From Bacillota bacterium (GTDB lineage Bacteria > Bacillota > Clostridia > Christensenellales > UBA1242), in NCBI GenBank assembly GCA_009780065.1, contig WRAS01000001.1, forward strand, positions 34,521 to 98,520: a stretch of DNA of 64,000 nt, in the 5' to 3' direction. Both the position numbers and the translations under genes were made by a program. Positions within the stretch are counted from its first letter, which is position 1. Each line of letters starts with the position of its first letter. The notes beneath the pieces are model-generated. The model had not been told where the DNA came from and did not search any database. It saw nothing but the letters and a program-made list of their open reading frames with translations. Below are positions 18,801 to 28,521 of the stretch, piece after piece.

Positions 18801-20404
18801 ATGCAGTGCATGGTGAAGGCGCCTTTAATAAGATGGCTATGTTTAAGCACGAAAACAGGAGTGAGGGAGATGAAAATGGTGAAAAAGCATGGAATAATAA
18901 AGTAGGCTTTGATAAGAGATTTGGTGAAGGTGCATATCAAGAAAGAAAAGAATATGATGCAAACCATGGCAAAGGTTCTTGGCAGATGAAGCGGGAGCAT
19001 GATGCAAAACATGGCGAAGGTAGTTACGATAAGAAACAAGAAGAAGAGGCAGAAGGCAAGAAAAAACCTGGTCGTGGCAGCGCATTCCAAGTGGCCCTTG
19101 CAAATACCAAAACATGGGAGAAGATGCGTAAACCTTTGTACTTCTTTGGGACAGAGGGTGTAAGCGAAGCCCAAGATAAAATGGAACAAGTATATTTTGC
19201 ACGTCGCAAGTCCGAGGCCGGTATGGCGGATGAATTGTACAAGAACAAGTTGGACTGGGAAGGCGCAATGAGAGCCAAAGTTGAAATGGATAAAATTAGG
19301 GTTGAACTTAAAAGTGATAAACTGGATAAAGCAATGCGTCTTCATTTGGAAGATAGATTAGGTAAAATGCAAGATGACTTTGATAGAGGTATGAAATCTT
19401 GGAAAAGTCTTGGCAAAACCGACAAGCAGTTTGCTGCGATGAGTACCGCATATCTTGCAACACGGGAAGATGGTATAACTGATAATGAAAGAGAAAAACG
19501 TGAGAAGGTATACGAAACATTAACCCACAGTACAGTCAGCAAAAAAGATATCTATTTTCAAGACCGTGCAAAAAAATACCAGGAACGTGTGGATGGTGTC
19601 ATGACAGATGCAACCATGCGTGAGATTGGCAAAAAGTTGCAGGCCAAGGTGGCTAGCGACCCAAAAATGGGTATGTTGATGGAAGATAAAGGATTCATTC
19701 AAGCACTTAAAGAGAATGGTATGGATGTTAAAACAGCAATGACAGAGTTGCGTGAATTCCTTAGAACGGGTGAAGACAAGAAGAACTATGGTTTCAAGGG
19801 CGGGAATGTGGACAAGTTGCGTGGCAACTCGGTAGACGTTCAAAAAGGTATCGAGTTTACACACTTCTTTACTGATCTTCTGGGGGATGCAAAGGGTGCA
19901 AAGTCTGACGGTTCTTTTGCCGCGACCGCCAACCATGCGGCTGCACTTGCTAATATGCTTATAAGTGACGAGGTTTCTAAAAAGGCAGATGCCGGAAGAA
20001 ATGCACTTGGACAACAAGAAATGGCTAGTGTTAACCAAATTGACCAAGTTGCGAAAGGGGTGGATCAAGTTGCTAACTTGGTTTCAGATAGTCGAGTGCA
20101 AGCTGAGATTGCTAGATTGAAAGACATACCGAATCTTGAGATTGCGAGGGGGAATGATGCAGCATTCTATGACATCCTTATGAAAGAACTTAAGCGCGTT
20201 CAAGATGCCTCAAGCGACGCCACTGAAAAAGACAGTATTGCGCGCGCAATACGTGAATTGTCCAGTCACCGTACGAACGTGCAAAACATTGCTCGACTTA
20301 CTGTGGAGCAAGACTACTTGGGTGAAATTGTTTCTCAGTTCAAAATGTGGGACGACTATTTCAAGAGTATTATGGGTACTGCGAAATATCCTGGAAAGGG
20401 TTAA
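15842..20404 (+). CDS. Giant polytopic membrane protein (1520 aa): two multi-TM blocks around a large extracytoplasmic domain, plus a K/E-rich coiled-coil tail of about 700 aa; candidate TrbL/VirB6-like channel component
   Basis: Uninterrupted 4.5-kb frame. TM block 1 covers about aa 5-210 and block 2 about aa 640-770 (IFIIFGVMLNFTFALIQRVVELAVMYMMSPITVAMYPF, VIAVFAPVIAINLFFVMFPVF). The VirB4-like gene follows 38 nt later. GTG start is uncertain. The VirB6 assignment is inference from topology and context only. Confidence 0.85.
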   Translation: MVDLKFVPLLVGGVVAAGLFGSRALQALMNWTLFQELFFNITQWVAGIFFGFWRMVAGVVDIMEMLFLMFAGLEAIYSVPGDVYYAGMEGGQGGIGDETMVYSETLVTMIIRSAVVQNVFGSMLAVATVLMIFFTIIVLIRNQYKEKDGGNPYQVIFRMFKGMVMFLFITTGVIVGLMLSGIVFHALNMATRQGVQTQMSGLIFQSMSFGANRMRAPIPATHPDMNLQLRKMIDGTNEEQRDSGGWWREGEIVRHGTNFWVRPMIEGMDMSVPGHEEGNFIVIIPRHLEDGAENVGVIEIRMFYTTISVYQQGPSLPGGGFGPGTWMGMPSIATYVVDERPQTYNPPTCPSFFFGLRSTPEKEQIGSVVDRQRIHRNFGALYSERSVIPELGNFETRELAETAADATRHSIANVRKLFWGYSTHSDLTTVSNPNEGQFCGSSGSWDGRRDQRLGYLPSSHGYIQGWGSGTFMRIVSDDSPYLSLIHQITLNSESSPIDTTMVKNYTPANPVQGSERFSTRGVRFNIIVPCLFNLAGADDIEILISDDPHPIRGTLFGPAFRLGNYAYEQAILSTTELAGIPDNQRARRYAQIAAWIDYQMAKTVPDYWLIISEETAEESPGSIYAVTVIGAMTYNNTDAVVVLYYVFDMDWLIGWLGIFIIFGVMLNFTFALIQRVVELAVMYMMSPITVAMYPFDDGNAFSNLFVKPFYKKVIAVFAPVIAINLFFVMFPVFRGIQFFPEGNLFTGTIPNLVARTLVILALFSMLPAIRTQVQNMLGADAMQQKKLGEVWKESTAAVFGSKLGAKVAAAPKGAVVGGAHLARNYVGARKSQNTGQEEKLSLSERMSMGAAGFGLGAKSKAEREKVLKDKKDKNALKEDYELAFGKGSFDKDTKGMDSKAIGEKLKGKEKEIADAREKKASQKFGELADKNQKLYGKDYRDDLVAQFEKLKGAHGSAGAYEIIAKKQVPELYMREKGMTDKDRKEYDAVHGEGAFNKMAMFKHENRSEGDENGEKAWNNKVGFDKRFGEGAYQERKEYDANHGKGSWQMKREHDAKHGEGSYDKKQEEEAEGKKKPGRGSAFQVALANTKTWEKMRKPLYFFGTEGVSEAQDKMEQVYFARRKSEAGMADELYKNKLDWEGAMRAKVEMDKIRVELKSDKLDKAMRLHLEDRLGKMQDDFDRGMKSWKSLGKTDKQFAAMSTAYLATREDGITDNEREKREKVYETLTHSTVSKKDIYFQDRAKKYQERVDGVMTDATMREIGKKLQAKVASDPKMGMLMEDKGFIQALKENGMDVKTAMTELREFLRTGEDKKNYGFKGGNVDKLRGNSVDVQKGIEFTHFFTDLLGDAKGAKSDGSFAATANHAAALANMLISDEVSKKADAGRNALGQQEMASVNQIDQVAKGVDQVANLVSDSRVQAEIARLKDIPNLEIARGNDAAFYDILMKELKRVQDASSDATEKDSIARAIRELSSHRTNVQNIARLTVEQDYLGEIVSQFKMWDDYFKSIMGTAKYPGKG

Positions 20405-20442
20405 TTGCGTCAGATTGTCAAATGCAATGGGGGAAAATTTAG

Positions 20443-23070
20443 ATGTCGCAATATCTTATTCCGCGTAAAACAAAGGTAAAAACCGAATTCATGAATGGTA
20501 TAACCGGCGGTGACCTATTCTATTTGGGCATTGCCGGAACCATCGTGGGTATGACTTTTGCCGCCAACTTTGCTTACAGCATCGTGGTGGGTATTGTTAT
20601 GTTGTTGCTTGCACTTATCGGATTTATCAAAGTGGAAGAGGGTGTTCGTGGATACGCGGCGTCTTGGCGTGTGTTTAAGTTCTTTGCATATGCCAAAAAG
20701 TACGCCAAAGTGCATGGGGGCGGTTATCGCGATATAAAGGACCTTGTACCATACGTAGGCATAGAGGAGAGTAAATACGTTAACTATGGTGATTATTATG
20801 CAAGGGTTATTGAAATAAAACCCATAGAATATGGTCTTTTGGATATCGATAAGCGTAATATGGTAGTTCAGAATTTTGCAAATGCTATTCGGAGAATAGG
20901 ATACACACAAAGTGCAAGTATCATAAGTTTAGAACGTGGTATGATTCTGGACAAATATGTGGATTACGAGATAGAAAAATACGAGGCAACAGTTAATGCC
21001 ATGGAAACAGGGGGTATGTCGGATACCGAACTTTCTGCACGTGAAATTATTTTTAACGAGCGCGGAATGTTGCTTGAATACATGAATAGCGAGGAAAAAA
21101 TATTCAAAGGCTGTTACTATTTAGTTATTTATGACCGAACTAAGGATTCTTTAGAGGCAACTGCGCGTGGGATAAGAGCAACTTTATCAAGTTCTGTTGT
21201 TCCAGTCGATAACTATTTCGTCGAAGGAAAGGAACTTATTATCTTTTTACGAGCAAATTATAATAAAGACTTTGATGAACGACAAACAAACAGCATGCCA
21301 GAAGAAAAATTGATGAATTGGGTTATCCCAAACAAAGTCAATTTTACAACACGTCTTGCAAAAATCAATGGATTGCCGCGTGGTGGTTTTACCATAACGG
21401 ATTATCCAAATGATGTTGGCAATGCCTGGGCATATACAATTTTTAATATGCCGGGTACTAGGGCTGTTATGAATATCCTTCCAATTCCTAAGGAATTATC
21501 CATACGCGTTATTGACAAGGCGATTTTGGAGATGAAAACACAAATGGCAAGCAGTCACAAGTCCAGTCACCAAATGGAACGTGACAAGCAGTTGAACACA
21601 ATTACTGACCTGCTTTCACAGATTAAAATGAACAACGAGTTATTGTTGGACGTAAATATTCATCTTACGCCAGATCAAGAATCAAAACGTGAGGTAAAAG
21701 CAAAACTAAGAGAAGAGGGGTTCAAGTTCTCTGAATTGCTGGGGCGCCAGGTGGATTCATTTATATCCAGCAACGTTTCACGTCTGGAAACTCTGACTGA
21801 ATACAGCCGTGGTATGCCAACCACTACAGTTGCAGCCACATTTCCGTTCATTTCTGATATGTTGCAAGACGAAAAAGGTATTTGTATAGGGTCAAACACA
21901 TACCCTGTTTTCATTGATTTCTTTAAACGAAACAACATTCGTGTTAACAGTAACATGATAATAATAGGAAAGTCTGGTTCTGGAAAGTCGTTTGCGACAA
22001 AATCTGTTTTGGCACACTTGGCGGCGGATAACACAAAGATTTTCATTTGTGACCCAGAACGTGAATATGTTGGAATGGCGCAAAAATTGCACGGTGGTTT
22101 TATAGATGTCGGTAATGCGGGTAAGGGACGCTTCAATCCGTTCCATATTTATCCGGCTATGTTAGATGACGATGACGGTGTAGAATTTGACGACACATTT
22201 GAAAACCATCTAAGGTTCTTGGAAAGTTACTTCAAAATTGTTATGGAGGGTATCACCAGTGATGCGCTGGAAGTTCTTAACGGTCTTGTTGCGCAATTAT
22301 ATAAATTAAAGGGAATTGACAAGCACACTAAATTTGATTTATTGGAACCGCATCATTTTCCAATTTTCCAAGAACTATTTGAACTTTCTAAGCAATACCT
22401 TGCAGCAGCTACAGATGATTTCTCGCGCGTTAACTATAGAAAAATTGTTACATATTTGGAAAAGTTCGCAGAAGGTGGACGATTCTCGGGTCTTTGGAAT
22501 GGTCCAGCGACAGTTCGAAGTCAAGAGAACTTTTTCGTATTTGACTTTTTGACATTGCTTGCAAACAAAAATACAATTGTGGCGAATGCCCAGATGCTTC
22601 TTGTGTTCAAGTACTTGGATGGTGAAATTATTAAGAATCGTCAATATAACCAAAAACATGGTGTTAAAAGAAAGATAATAATAGCAGTGGACGAGGCGCA
22701 CGTGTTCATAGATGAAAAACGTCCGATTGCGCTTGATTTCATGTTCAACATGGCAAAACGTATTCGTAAGTACGACGGGATGCAAATAATTATTACCCAG
22801 AACATCAAGGACTTTGTTGGAAGTCCGGTTATCGCAAAAAAATCTGCGGCTATTATAAACGCGAGTCAGTATTCTATGATTTTCTCTCTGGCTCCTAATG
22901 ATATGTCTGACCTTGTGACACTTTATAAAAACTCGGGTGAAATTAACAAGACTGAACAAGAACAAATCGTGGGTAACGCACGTGGACAAGCATTCTTTAT
23001 CTCAGGACCTGCAAACAGAACACTTGTAACAATTGAAACCAGTGAGGCGATGAGGGCATTGTTCGAGTAA
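20443..23070 (+). CDS. virB4: VirB4/TraE/PrgJ-type T4SS ATPase with a fused N-terminal 2-TM (VirB3/TcpE-like) module
   Basis: N-terminal helices LFYLGIAGTIVGMTF and IVVGIVMLLLALIGFI. Walker A IIIGKSGSGKSFATKS (21967-21990), Walker B IIIAVDEAHVF (about 22678-22707). The 875-aa size is typical of Gram-positive VirB4 homologues. Confidence 0.85.
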   Translation: MSQYLIPRKTKVKTEFMNGITGGDLFYLGIAGTIVGMTFAANFAYSIVVGIVMLLLALIGFIKVEEGVRGYAASWRVFKFFAYAKKYAKVHGGGYRDIKDLVPYVGIEESKYVNYGDYYARVIEIKPIEYGLLDIDKRNMVVQNFANAIRRIGYTQSASIISLERGMILDKYVDYEIEKYEATVNAMETGGMSDTELSAREIIFNERGMLLEYMNSEEKIFKGCYYLVIYDRTKDSLEATARGIRATLSSSVVPVDNYFVEGKELIIFLRANYNKDFDERQTNSMPEEKLMNWVIPNKVNFTTRLAKINGLPRGGFTITDYPNDVGNAWAYTIFNMPGTRAVMNILPIPKELSIRVIDKAILEMKTQMASSHKSSHQMERDKQLNTITDLLSQIKMNNELLLDVNIHLTPDQESKREVKAKLREEGFKFSELLGRQVDSFISSNVSRLETLTEYSRGMPTTTVAATFPFISDMLQDEKGICIGSNTYPVFIDFFKRNNIRVNSNMIIIGKSGSGKSFATKSVLAHLAADNTKIFICDPEREYVGMAQKLHGGFIDVGNAGKGRFNPFHIYPAMLDDDDGVEFDDTFENHLRFLESYFKIVMEGITSDALEVLNGLVAQLYKLKGIDKHTKFDLLEPHHFPIFQELFELSKQYLAAATDDFSRVNYRKIVTYLEKFAEGGRFSGLWNGPATVRSQENFFVFDFLTLLANKNTIVANAQMLLVFKYLDGEIIKNRQYNQKHGVKRKIIIAVDEAHVFIDEKRPIALDFMFNMAKRIRKYDGMQIIITQNIKDFVGSPVIAKKSAAIINASQYSMIFSLAPNDMSDLVTLYKNSGEINKTEQEQIVGNARGQAFFISGPANRTLVTIETSEAMRALFE

Positions 23071-23119
23071 TTAAATTAGAAATTTTTTTAAATAAATAGT
23101 TTGAATATGAGAGCAAATC

Positions 23120-23323
23120 ATGTTACTTTTTATCATGTTACATCATGCGTTTAGAAAAGGTACCCATATACTGATAATATTTAGGGATGGAAGCAAACTG
23201 GATTGTAAATTTCTGGATAGAAAGGCCAAGAGCATGATTACAGATAAAGGTGAGTTTTTGTTCCGCGACATGCGTGCAACCACAATTTTCAAACACAACG
23301 CAGGAGGTCGCAATGATTCATAA
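23120..23323 (+). CDS. Hypothetical small protein (67 aa or shorter)
   Basis: ORF only. Overlaps the next start by 11 nt. No motif. Confidence 0.3.
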   Translation: MLLFIMLHHAFRKGTHILIIFRDGSKLDCKFLDRKAKSMITDKGEFLFRDMRATTIFKHNAGGRNDS

Positions 23324-24257
23324 AATGTTTTTGAATCCAGAATCATTTAGAAAAATAAAAGATGGAACCAAAAAAGTGGAACTTCGTCTCTTTGACGAAA
23401 AAAGAAAACAAGTTAAAATTGGGGATACAATAATTTTCACCAACCGTGAATCGCAAGAGCAGTTGCTGGTTACGGTAAAAGATTTACACTTTTTTTCTTC
23501 GTTCAGAAAATTATTTAAGAAAATAGAAAATACTAAATTAGGATGTGTAGAGGCTGATCTGGATGAATTTTACACAGAGGCCGAGCAACACAAGTACGGT
23601 GTTGTTGGTATAGAAATTGCCGAGTATGTGGATGAAAGGAACGTTTTTAAAGAGACATGGGAAAGAATTCACGCAATACACATGAATACTGCGGTTGTAT
23701 ATGATGATTGGTTGGATAAGTACCTGCATATGATTCCCAAAGATGATGTTATCTTGGAACTTGGTTGCGGGCGCGGAAATAATGTAAAGTATTTACTTGA
23801 ACGTGGTTTTGATATCCTCGCCACAGATTTTTCGGAAAACGCAATAAATTATGTCAGTAAAAAATTTCCAAAAAGTAAAACAATGCTATTGGATGTTAAT
23901 AATACTTTCCCATTTAAAAATGCCCAGTTCTCGGTGATTATTGCAGATTTGTGTTTACATTATTTCACCCAGCAAAAGACAGAAGAAATTTTGAAGGAAA
24001 TAAAACGGGTACTTAGACCAAATGGAATTCTGCTGGCAAGGGTAAATTCAAAAAACGATATTGAATATGGAGCAGGGAAAGGAAAGAAGATTGAAAAAGA
24101 TTATTACTTTGTAGAGGGTTATAATAAAAGATTTTTTGATATAGCAAGTGCACAGCGCTTTTTTGAAATTGTTGGCCAAACCAAAGTAACGGAAACAGAT
24201 ATATCCAGATATGATAAAGTTAAAAAGGCAATTGAAATTTCCGTGCGAAAGTTTTAA
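23313..24257 (+). CDS. ASCH (PUA-like) domain fused to a class I SAM-dependent methyltransferase
   Basis: AGGAGG Shine-Dalgarno 5 nt before ATG 23313. ASCH-like FRKIKDGTKKVELRLFDEKRKQVKIGDTIIF. Methyltransferase motif I ILELGCGRGNN and motif II-like VIIADLCLHYF. Confidence 0.75.
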   Translation: MIHKMFLNPESFRKIKDGTKKVELRLFDEKRKQVKIGDTIIFTNRESQEQLLVTVKDLHFFSSFRKLFKKIENTKLGCVEADLDEFYTEAEQHKYGVVGIEIAEYVDERNVFKETWERIHAIHMNTAVVYDDWLDKYLHMIPKDDVILELGCGRGNNVKYLLERGFDILATDFSENAINYVSKKFPKSKTMLLDVNNTFPFKNAQFSVIIADLCLHYFTQQKTEEILKEIKRVLRPNGILLARVNSKNDIEYGAGKGKKIEKDYYFVEGYNKRFFDIASAQRFFEIVGQTKVTETDISRYDKVKKAIEISVRKF

Positions 24258-24301
24258 TATTTCCTGACATAGGAATTATTTCATCTACTTTGTTCGCATG
24301 T

Positions 24302-24928
24302 TTATTTGCCTTTTAGTTTTGCTTTAACTTTCATTGCGCGGACAATCTGACCACGTTCGTTTTCCGCCAATTTCATTCTGATGAACCGGATAGTTTCGTT
24401 AATTTGTGGAATCAAAATAAATTCTAGGGCATTGATACGACGCCTTATCTTTATAATTTCCACCGCCAACATTTCGCATGACTTTTCCACTTCGGCAAGA
24501 TGAATAATATCGGACAATAATTTTGATAGGTTAGATACAGATTTATCAAATGTGGCACTGGTTTTTAAAATTGGTTTGCTTTGAACCTCGTGTATTTCAA
24601 ATTCATTAATTTTTGGAACATGCAATCCCATTATATTATTTGTTCCAGGGATAAAGTTAAAAGTTGTACTGGAAAGTGTAACTGCGGATTCGATTTCCGT
24701 GTTATTCATATGAATCCGTGCATCAATAAAGAGGGAGAGTGCATGCGAAATCTCGCCCTCGATTTTTTTTCTTAATCTTACATTTTCACGTACAATCTGC
24801 ATGAAATGGCGCACCATTTCATCTGACTTGTCTTTCAAAAGTTTATGTCCGCGTTTGGCAGTATTAAGACGCGCCCTTTGACGCTGTATTTCCATTCTTG
24901 TTGGATTTACTGTTAATCTTTCTGCCAT
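24302..24928 (-). CDS. ntpD: V-type ATPase subunit D
   Basis: N-terminus MAERLTVNPTRMEIQRQRARLNTAKRGHKLLKDK is typical of subunit D. Last gene of the ntp operon. Confidence 0.9.
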   Translation of the reverse strand: MAERLTVNPTRMEIQRQRARLNTAKRGHKLLKDKSDEMVRHFMQIVRENVRLRKKIEGEISHALSLFIDARIHMNNTEIESAVTLSSTTFNFIPGTNNIMGLHVPKINEFEIHEVQSKPILKTSATFDKSVSNLSKLLSDIIHLAEVEKSCEMLAVEIIKIRRRINALEFILIPQINETIRFIRMKLAENERGQIVRAMKVKAKLKGK

Positions 24929-24940
24929 GTTATTGCTCCG

Positions 24941-26311
24941 TTATTTTTTTGTATAAAATTCGTCTAGGTGTACTTTCTTGATACGCTTTAATTCTGTCCG
25001 TGGCAAAATCATTAGTAATTCCCATCCAAGATTTAATGTTTCCTCGATAGTTCTGTTCATATAAAAACCTTGGTTAATGAATCTTTTTTCGAATTCGTCC
25101 GCGAATTTCGAATACAGTTTATCAACATTTGAAAGTGCGGATTCACCCAAAATTTGTGCCAGTTCCTTTGCATCTTTACCGCTGGCATAGCAGGCAAATA
25201 ATTGATTCAAAACATCGCTGTGGTCGTGACGCGTTTTGTCTTTTCCAATCCCTTTGTCTTTTAAACGTGACAAGGACGGCAAGACATCGACAGGGGGATT
25301 CAAACCACGTTTTGCCAATTCACGCGAAAGAACGATTTGACCCTCTGTAATATAGCCTGTAAGGTCTGGAATAGGGTGTGTTTTATCATCTTCGGGCATT
25401 GTAAGAATAGGGATCTGTGTAATGGAACCTTTTTTGTCTTTCACACAACCCGCACGTTCGTATAATGTTGCAAGGTCAGTGTAAAGATATCCAGGATAAC
25501 CGCGACGACCTGGAACTTCTTTTCGGGCAGCACTGACCTCACGCAGTGCTTCACAATACAGTGTTATATCCGTCATGATCACAAGAACATGCATATCTAA
25601 TTCGAATGCAAGATATTCCGCTGCGGTCAAAGCCATCCTTGGTGTTGCGATGCGTTCCAATGTCGGATCAGAGGCCAAGTTGATAAAGACAATAGAGTGG
25701 GAAAGTGCACCAGTTTTTTCTAGTTCGCGCACGAAAAAGTCGGCTTCGTCATTTGTAATTCCCATGGCGGCAAATACCACTGCGAACTTTTCACCATCAC
25801 GTACTGCTGCTTGGCGCGCAATTTGTGTGGCAAGTTGTGGATGCGGTAAGCCTGACATAGAAAATATAGGTAATTTTTGCCCGCGTACCAATGTGTTTAA
25901 TCCGTCAATGGTCGAAATCCCTGTTTGAATGAATGAATTTGGATAATCACGTGCTGTTGGATTAATTGGTACGCCGTTAATGTCTAGACGTTTTTTTGCA
26001 ATGATGGGAGATCCGCCATCACGTGGCCGACCCATTCCGTCAAAAAAACGTCCAATCATGTTGGGAGATACCCCAAGTTCTAAACTTCTGCCTAAAAACT
26101 TGGCTTTGCTGGTTGCTATTTCTAGGCCTTGGGCACTGGTAAAAAGTTGCACAAGGGCGGTGTCTTCGTGAACCTCTAGTACCTTTCCGTGACGAATCTC
26201 GCCAGTTGCTTGTTCAATTTCCACGAATTCGTTGTATGTCACACCCTCGACCCGCTGCACCAGCATCAGTGGTCCCACAACACTTTTAATAGTTTTATAT
26301 GATTTTTGCAT
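24941..26311 (-). CDS. ntpB: V-type ATPase subunit B
   Basis: [43 protein letters not shown]. Confidence 0.95.
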   Translation of the reverse strand: MQKSYKTIKSVVGPLMLVQRVEGVTYNEFVEIEQATGEIRHGKVLEVHEDTALVQLFTSAQGLEIATSKAKFLGRSLELGVSPNMIGRFFDGMGRPRDGGSPIIAKKRLDINGVPINPTARDYPNSFIQTGISTIDGLNTLVRGQKLPIFSMSGLPHPQLATQIARQAAVRDGEKFAVVFAAMGITNDEADFFVRELEKTGALSHSIVFINLASDPTLERIATPRMALTAAEYLAFELDMHVLVIMTDITLYCEALREVSAARKEVPGRRGYPGYLYTDLATLYERAGCVKDKKGSITQIPILTMPEDDKTHPIPDLTGYITEGQIVLSRELAKRGLNPPVDVLPSLSRLKDKGIGKDKTRHDHSDVLNQLFACYASGKDAKELAQILGESALSNVDKLYSKFADEFEKRFINQGFYMNRTIEETLNLGWELLMILPRTELKRIKKVHLDEFYTKK

Positions 26312-26332
26312 TTCTCACCTCGTTAAATTTTT

Positions 26333-28084
26333 CTATGCCCCAAGTCTTTTTATTAATTCAATTGAAACAATATCGATTTGTTCCACATCTTCCGTTTCAC
26401 GAAAAGAAGCAATCTGTTCTTTGATATCAGGGTATTGTGTTTTCTCAAAATCTAGCCCACGTTCTATTGCTGTGTTTGCTAGACGATGGTATTCCAGAAT
26501 TGTCTTCAACATTTTGTATTGCTTTTCTTTTGTTGTGAAAGAGTCAATTTCAGAAAAGGCAAATTGATATAAAAAGTCCTCACGCAAATGTTGTGCAGTC
26601 GCCATAACCAGTTTGTCTCCGTCCGATAATGAATTCACACCAACCAAACGCACAATTTCTTCTAAACTGGCATTTTCTTGCATTAATTTTATTGCCATCG
26701 CGCGTAATTCAAGAAAGTCTGGTGCGATATTGTCACTGTACCAGTTTGCCATTTGGTCTGGGTAAAGAGAATAACTGATCATCCAGTCAATAGCAGGAAA
26801 GTGGCGTTTATATGCAAGGGCGGCGCTAAGTCCCCAAAAAACTTTTACAATTCGCAGGGTACCTTGTGAAACAGGTTCACTTAAATCACCTCCTGGTGGT
26901 GAAACCGCGCCAATCGCGGTGATGGAACCGGTTTTATTTTCGTTTCCAAGGACCTCTACGATTCCGGCACGTTCGTAAAAGTCAGCAAGGCGACTGGCGA
27001 GATATGCGGGATATCCCTCCTCGCCTGGAAGTTCTTCTAATCTACCGCTCATTTCACGCAAAGCCTCTGCCCAACGACTGGTACTGTCTGCCATGATTGC
27101 TACGTTATAACCTTGGTCTCGGAAATATTCTGCGATTGTTATGCCGGTGTATATACTGGCTTCTCTCGCGGCAACCGGCATGTCGGATGTATTTGCAATT
27201 AGAATCGTTCGTTTCATTAATGGTTGCCCGTTTCTAATATCTTGCAAATGCGGGAATTCCCCCAAAACATCTGTCATTTCATTGCCGCGTTCACCGCATC
27301 CGATGTAAACAACGATTTCCGCATCCGACCATTTTGCAACTTGGTGTTGTACCACCGTCTTGCCCGAGCCAAACGGACCCGGAATGGCTGCCACGCCACC
27401 GCGCGCAATAGGGAAGAAGGTATCAATAACACGCTGTCCCGTTAACATAGGACCAGACGGAGCCAACTTTGTTTTAAATGGGCGTGCAATACGTACAGGC
27501 CATTTTGCAAGCATAGTAATACTGACCTTGTCGGTTTTGGTTGTAATTTCCGCCACAGTATCTTCTACACGGAAAGTACCACTTTGAATCTTTGTAATTT
27601 TTCCTTTGATACCATGTGGAACCAAAATTCTATGTTCCACAACTTCATTCTCTTGCACGGTGCCAAGGACATCGCCAGGGATAACCTCGTCACCTGTTTG
27701 CTTTTGTGTTTTGAATTCCCATTGTTTGTTTCGGTCTATACCAGGAACGTTTATACCGCGCGTGATTCTGTAACCCGTTTTTTCCTGGATTTTGTCAAGC
27801 GGTCTTCCGATACCATCATAAATGCCACCCATAATTCCAGGCCCCAGTTCCACTGACAATGGTATTCCCGTTGTTGTAACTGGGTCACCCACGCCAAGAC
27901 CGCTGGTTTCTTCATAAACCTGGATTGATGCGCGATCTCCGCGTAGTTCCAAGATTTCACCAATTAGACCCTCGTGCGAAACCCGTACAACATCAAAAAG
28001 TTTTACATGTGACATGCCACTGGCAACCACTAGTGGACCACTGACTGTTACTATTTTTCCTGTATTATCTGTTTTCTTTGACAT
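26333..28084 (-). CDS. ntpA: V-type ATPase catalytic subunit A
   Basis: Walker [40 protein letters not shown], and the non-homologous insert typical of A subunits. Confidence 0.95.
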   Translation of the reverse strand: MSKKTDNTGKIVTVSGPLVVASGMSHVKLFDVVRVSHEGLIGEILELRGDRASIQVYEETSGLGVGDPVTTTGIPLSVELGPGIMGGIYDGIGRPLDKIQEKTGYRITRGINVPGIDRNKQWEFKTQKQTGDEVIPGDVLGTVQENEVVEHRILVPHGIKGKITKIQSGTFRVEDTVAEITTKTDKVSITMLAKWPVRIARPFKTKLAPSGPMLTGQRVIDTFFPIARGGVAAIPGPFGSGKTVVQHQVAKWSDAEIVVYIGCGERGNEMTDVLGEFPHLQDIRNGQPLMKRTILIANTSDMPVAAREASIYTGITIAEYFRDQGYNVAIMADSTSRWAEALREMSGRLEELPGEEGYPAYLASRLADFYERAGIVEVLGNENKTGSITAIGAVSPPGGDLSEPVSQGTLRIVKVFWGLSAALAYKRHFPAIDWMISYSLYPDQMANWYSDNIAPDFLELRAMAIKLMQENASLEEIVRLVGVNSLSDGDKLVMATAQHLREDFLYQFAFSEIDSFTTKEKQYKMLKTILEYHRLANTAIERGLDFEKTQYPDIKEQIASFRETEDVEQIDIVSIELIKRLGA

Positions 28085-28094
28085 AAAGTCCTCC

Positions 28095-28511
28095 TTATCG
28101 TAATCCGGCTGTGGAGCCCACCGCTTTTGACATATTATCCAAAATTCTATTTATACCATATCCATTCGTGCCACCTGCATCCGGAACCAAAAGAATAATG
28201 GGGTAGGGGCGCGTTGCAAAAGACTGGATGGTTTTTTCGGCTTTGACTGCGAAACTCTCGGATATCAGAATTATACTATAGCCTTTTTTTTCCAGGTCCT
28301 CTATTGTGGATTTTATTTCTTCTGCGCATGTTGGGAAAAAGGTGTCAATTCCAATTGCTTTGAATGCAAAGAATGCATCACGTTCCCCAATTGCACCAAT
28401 TTTAGGCAATGTAGGTAAATCAGGTACATCCCTGTTACTTTGGTTGGCAATATTGATAATATTTACCGAACGACTTGCTGTGTTTAGATTTTTTGAAATT
28501 TTTCCTTCCAT
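28095..28511 (-). CDS. ntpG: V-type ATPase subunit F (E. hirae NtpG equivalent) with an N-terminal extension of about 40 aa
   Basis: Position between C and A. Core [21 protein letters not shown]...[14 protein letters not shown] 28511 lies 10 nt after the ntpC stop. Confidence 0.7.
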   Translation of the reverse strand: MEGKISKNLNTASRSVNIINIANQSNRDVPDLPTLPKIGAIGERDAFFAFKAIGIDTFFPTCAEEIKSTIEDLEKKGYSIILISESFAVKAEKTIQSFATRPYPIILLVPDAGGTNGYGINRILDNMSKAVGSTAGLR

Positions 28512-28521
28512 ATTAACCCTT

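Noticed and set aside
18752-20068. Antisense ORFs of 141-197 aa inside the 1520-aa gene (18752-19345, 18843-19268, 19520-20068)
   Set aside because: The sense strand here is purine-rich K/E coding sequence, which leaves the antisense frames open. They have no start signals and their composition is implausible.
15143-23070. Calling the VirB4 locus (and the VirD4 locus at 56201-64000) a mobile element or ICE
   Set aside because: No integrase, relaxase, transposase, tRNA target or flanking direct repeats are visible in the window, and housekeeping genes abut both loci. The genes are annotated individually instead, and mobility is left open.
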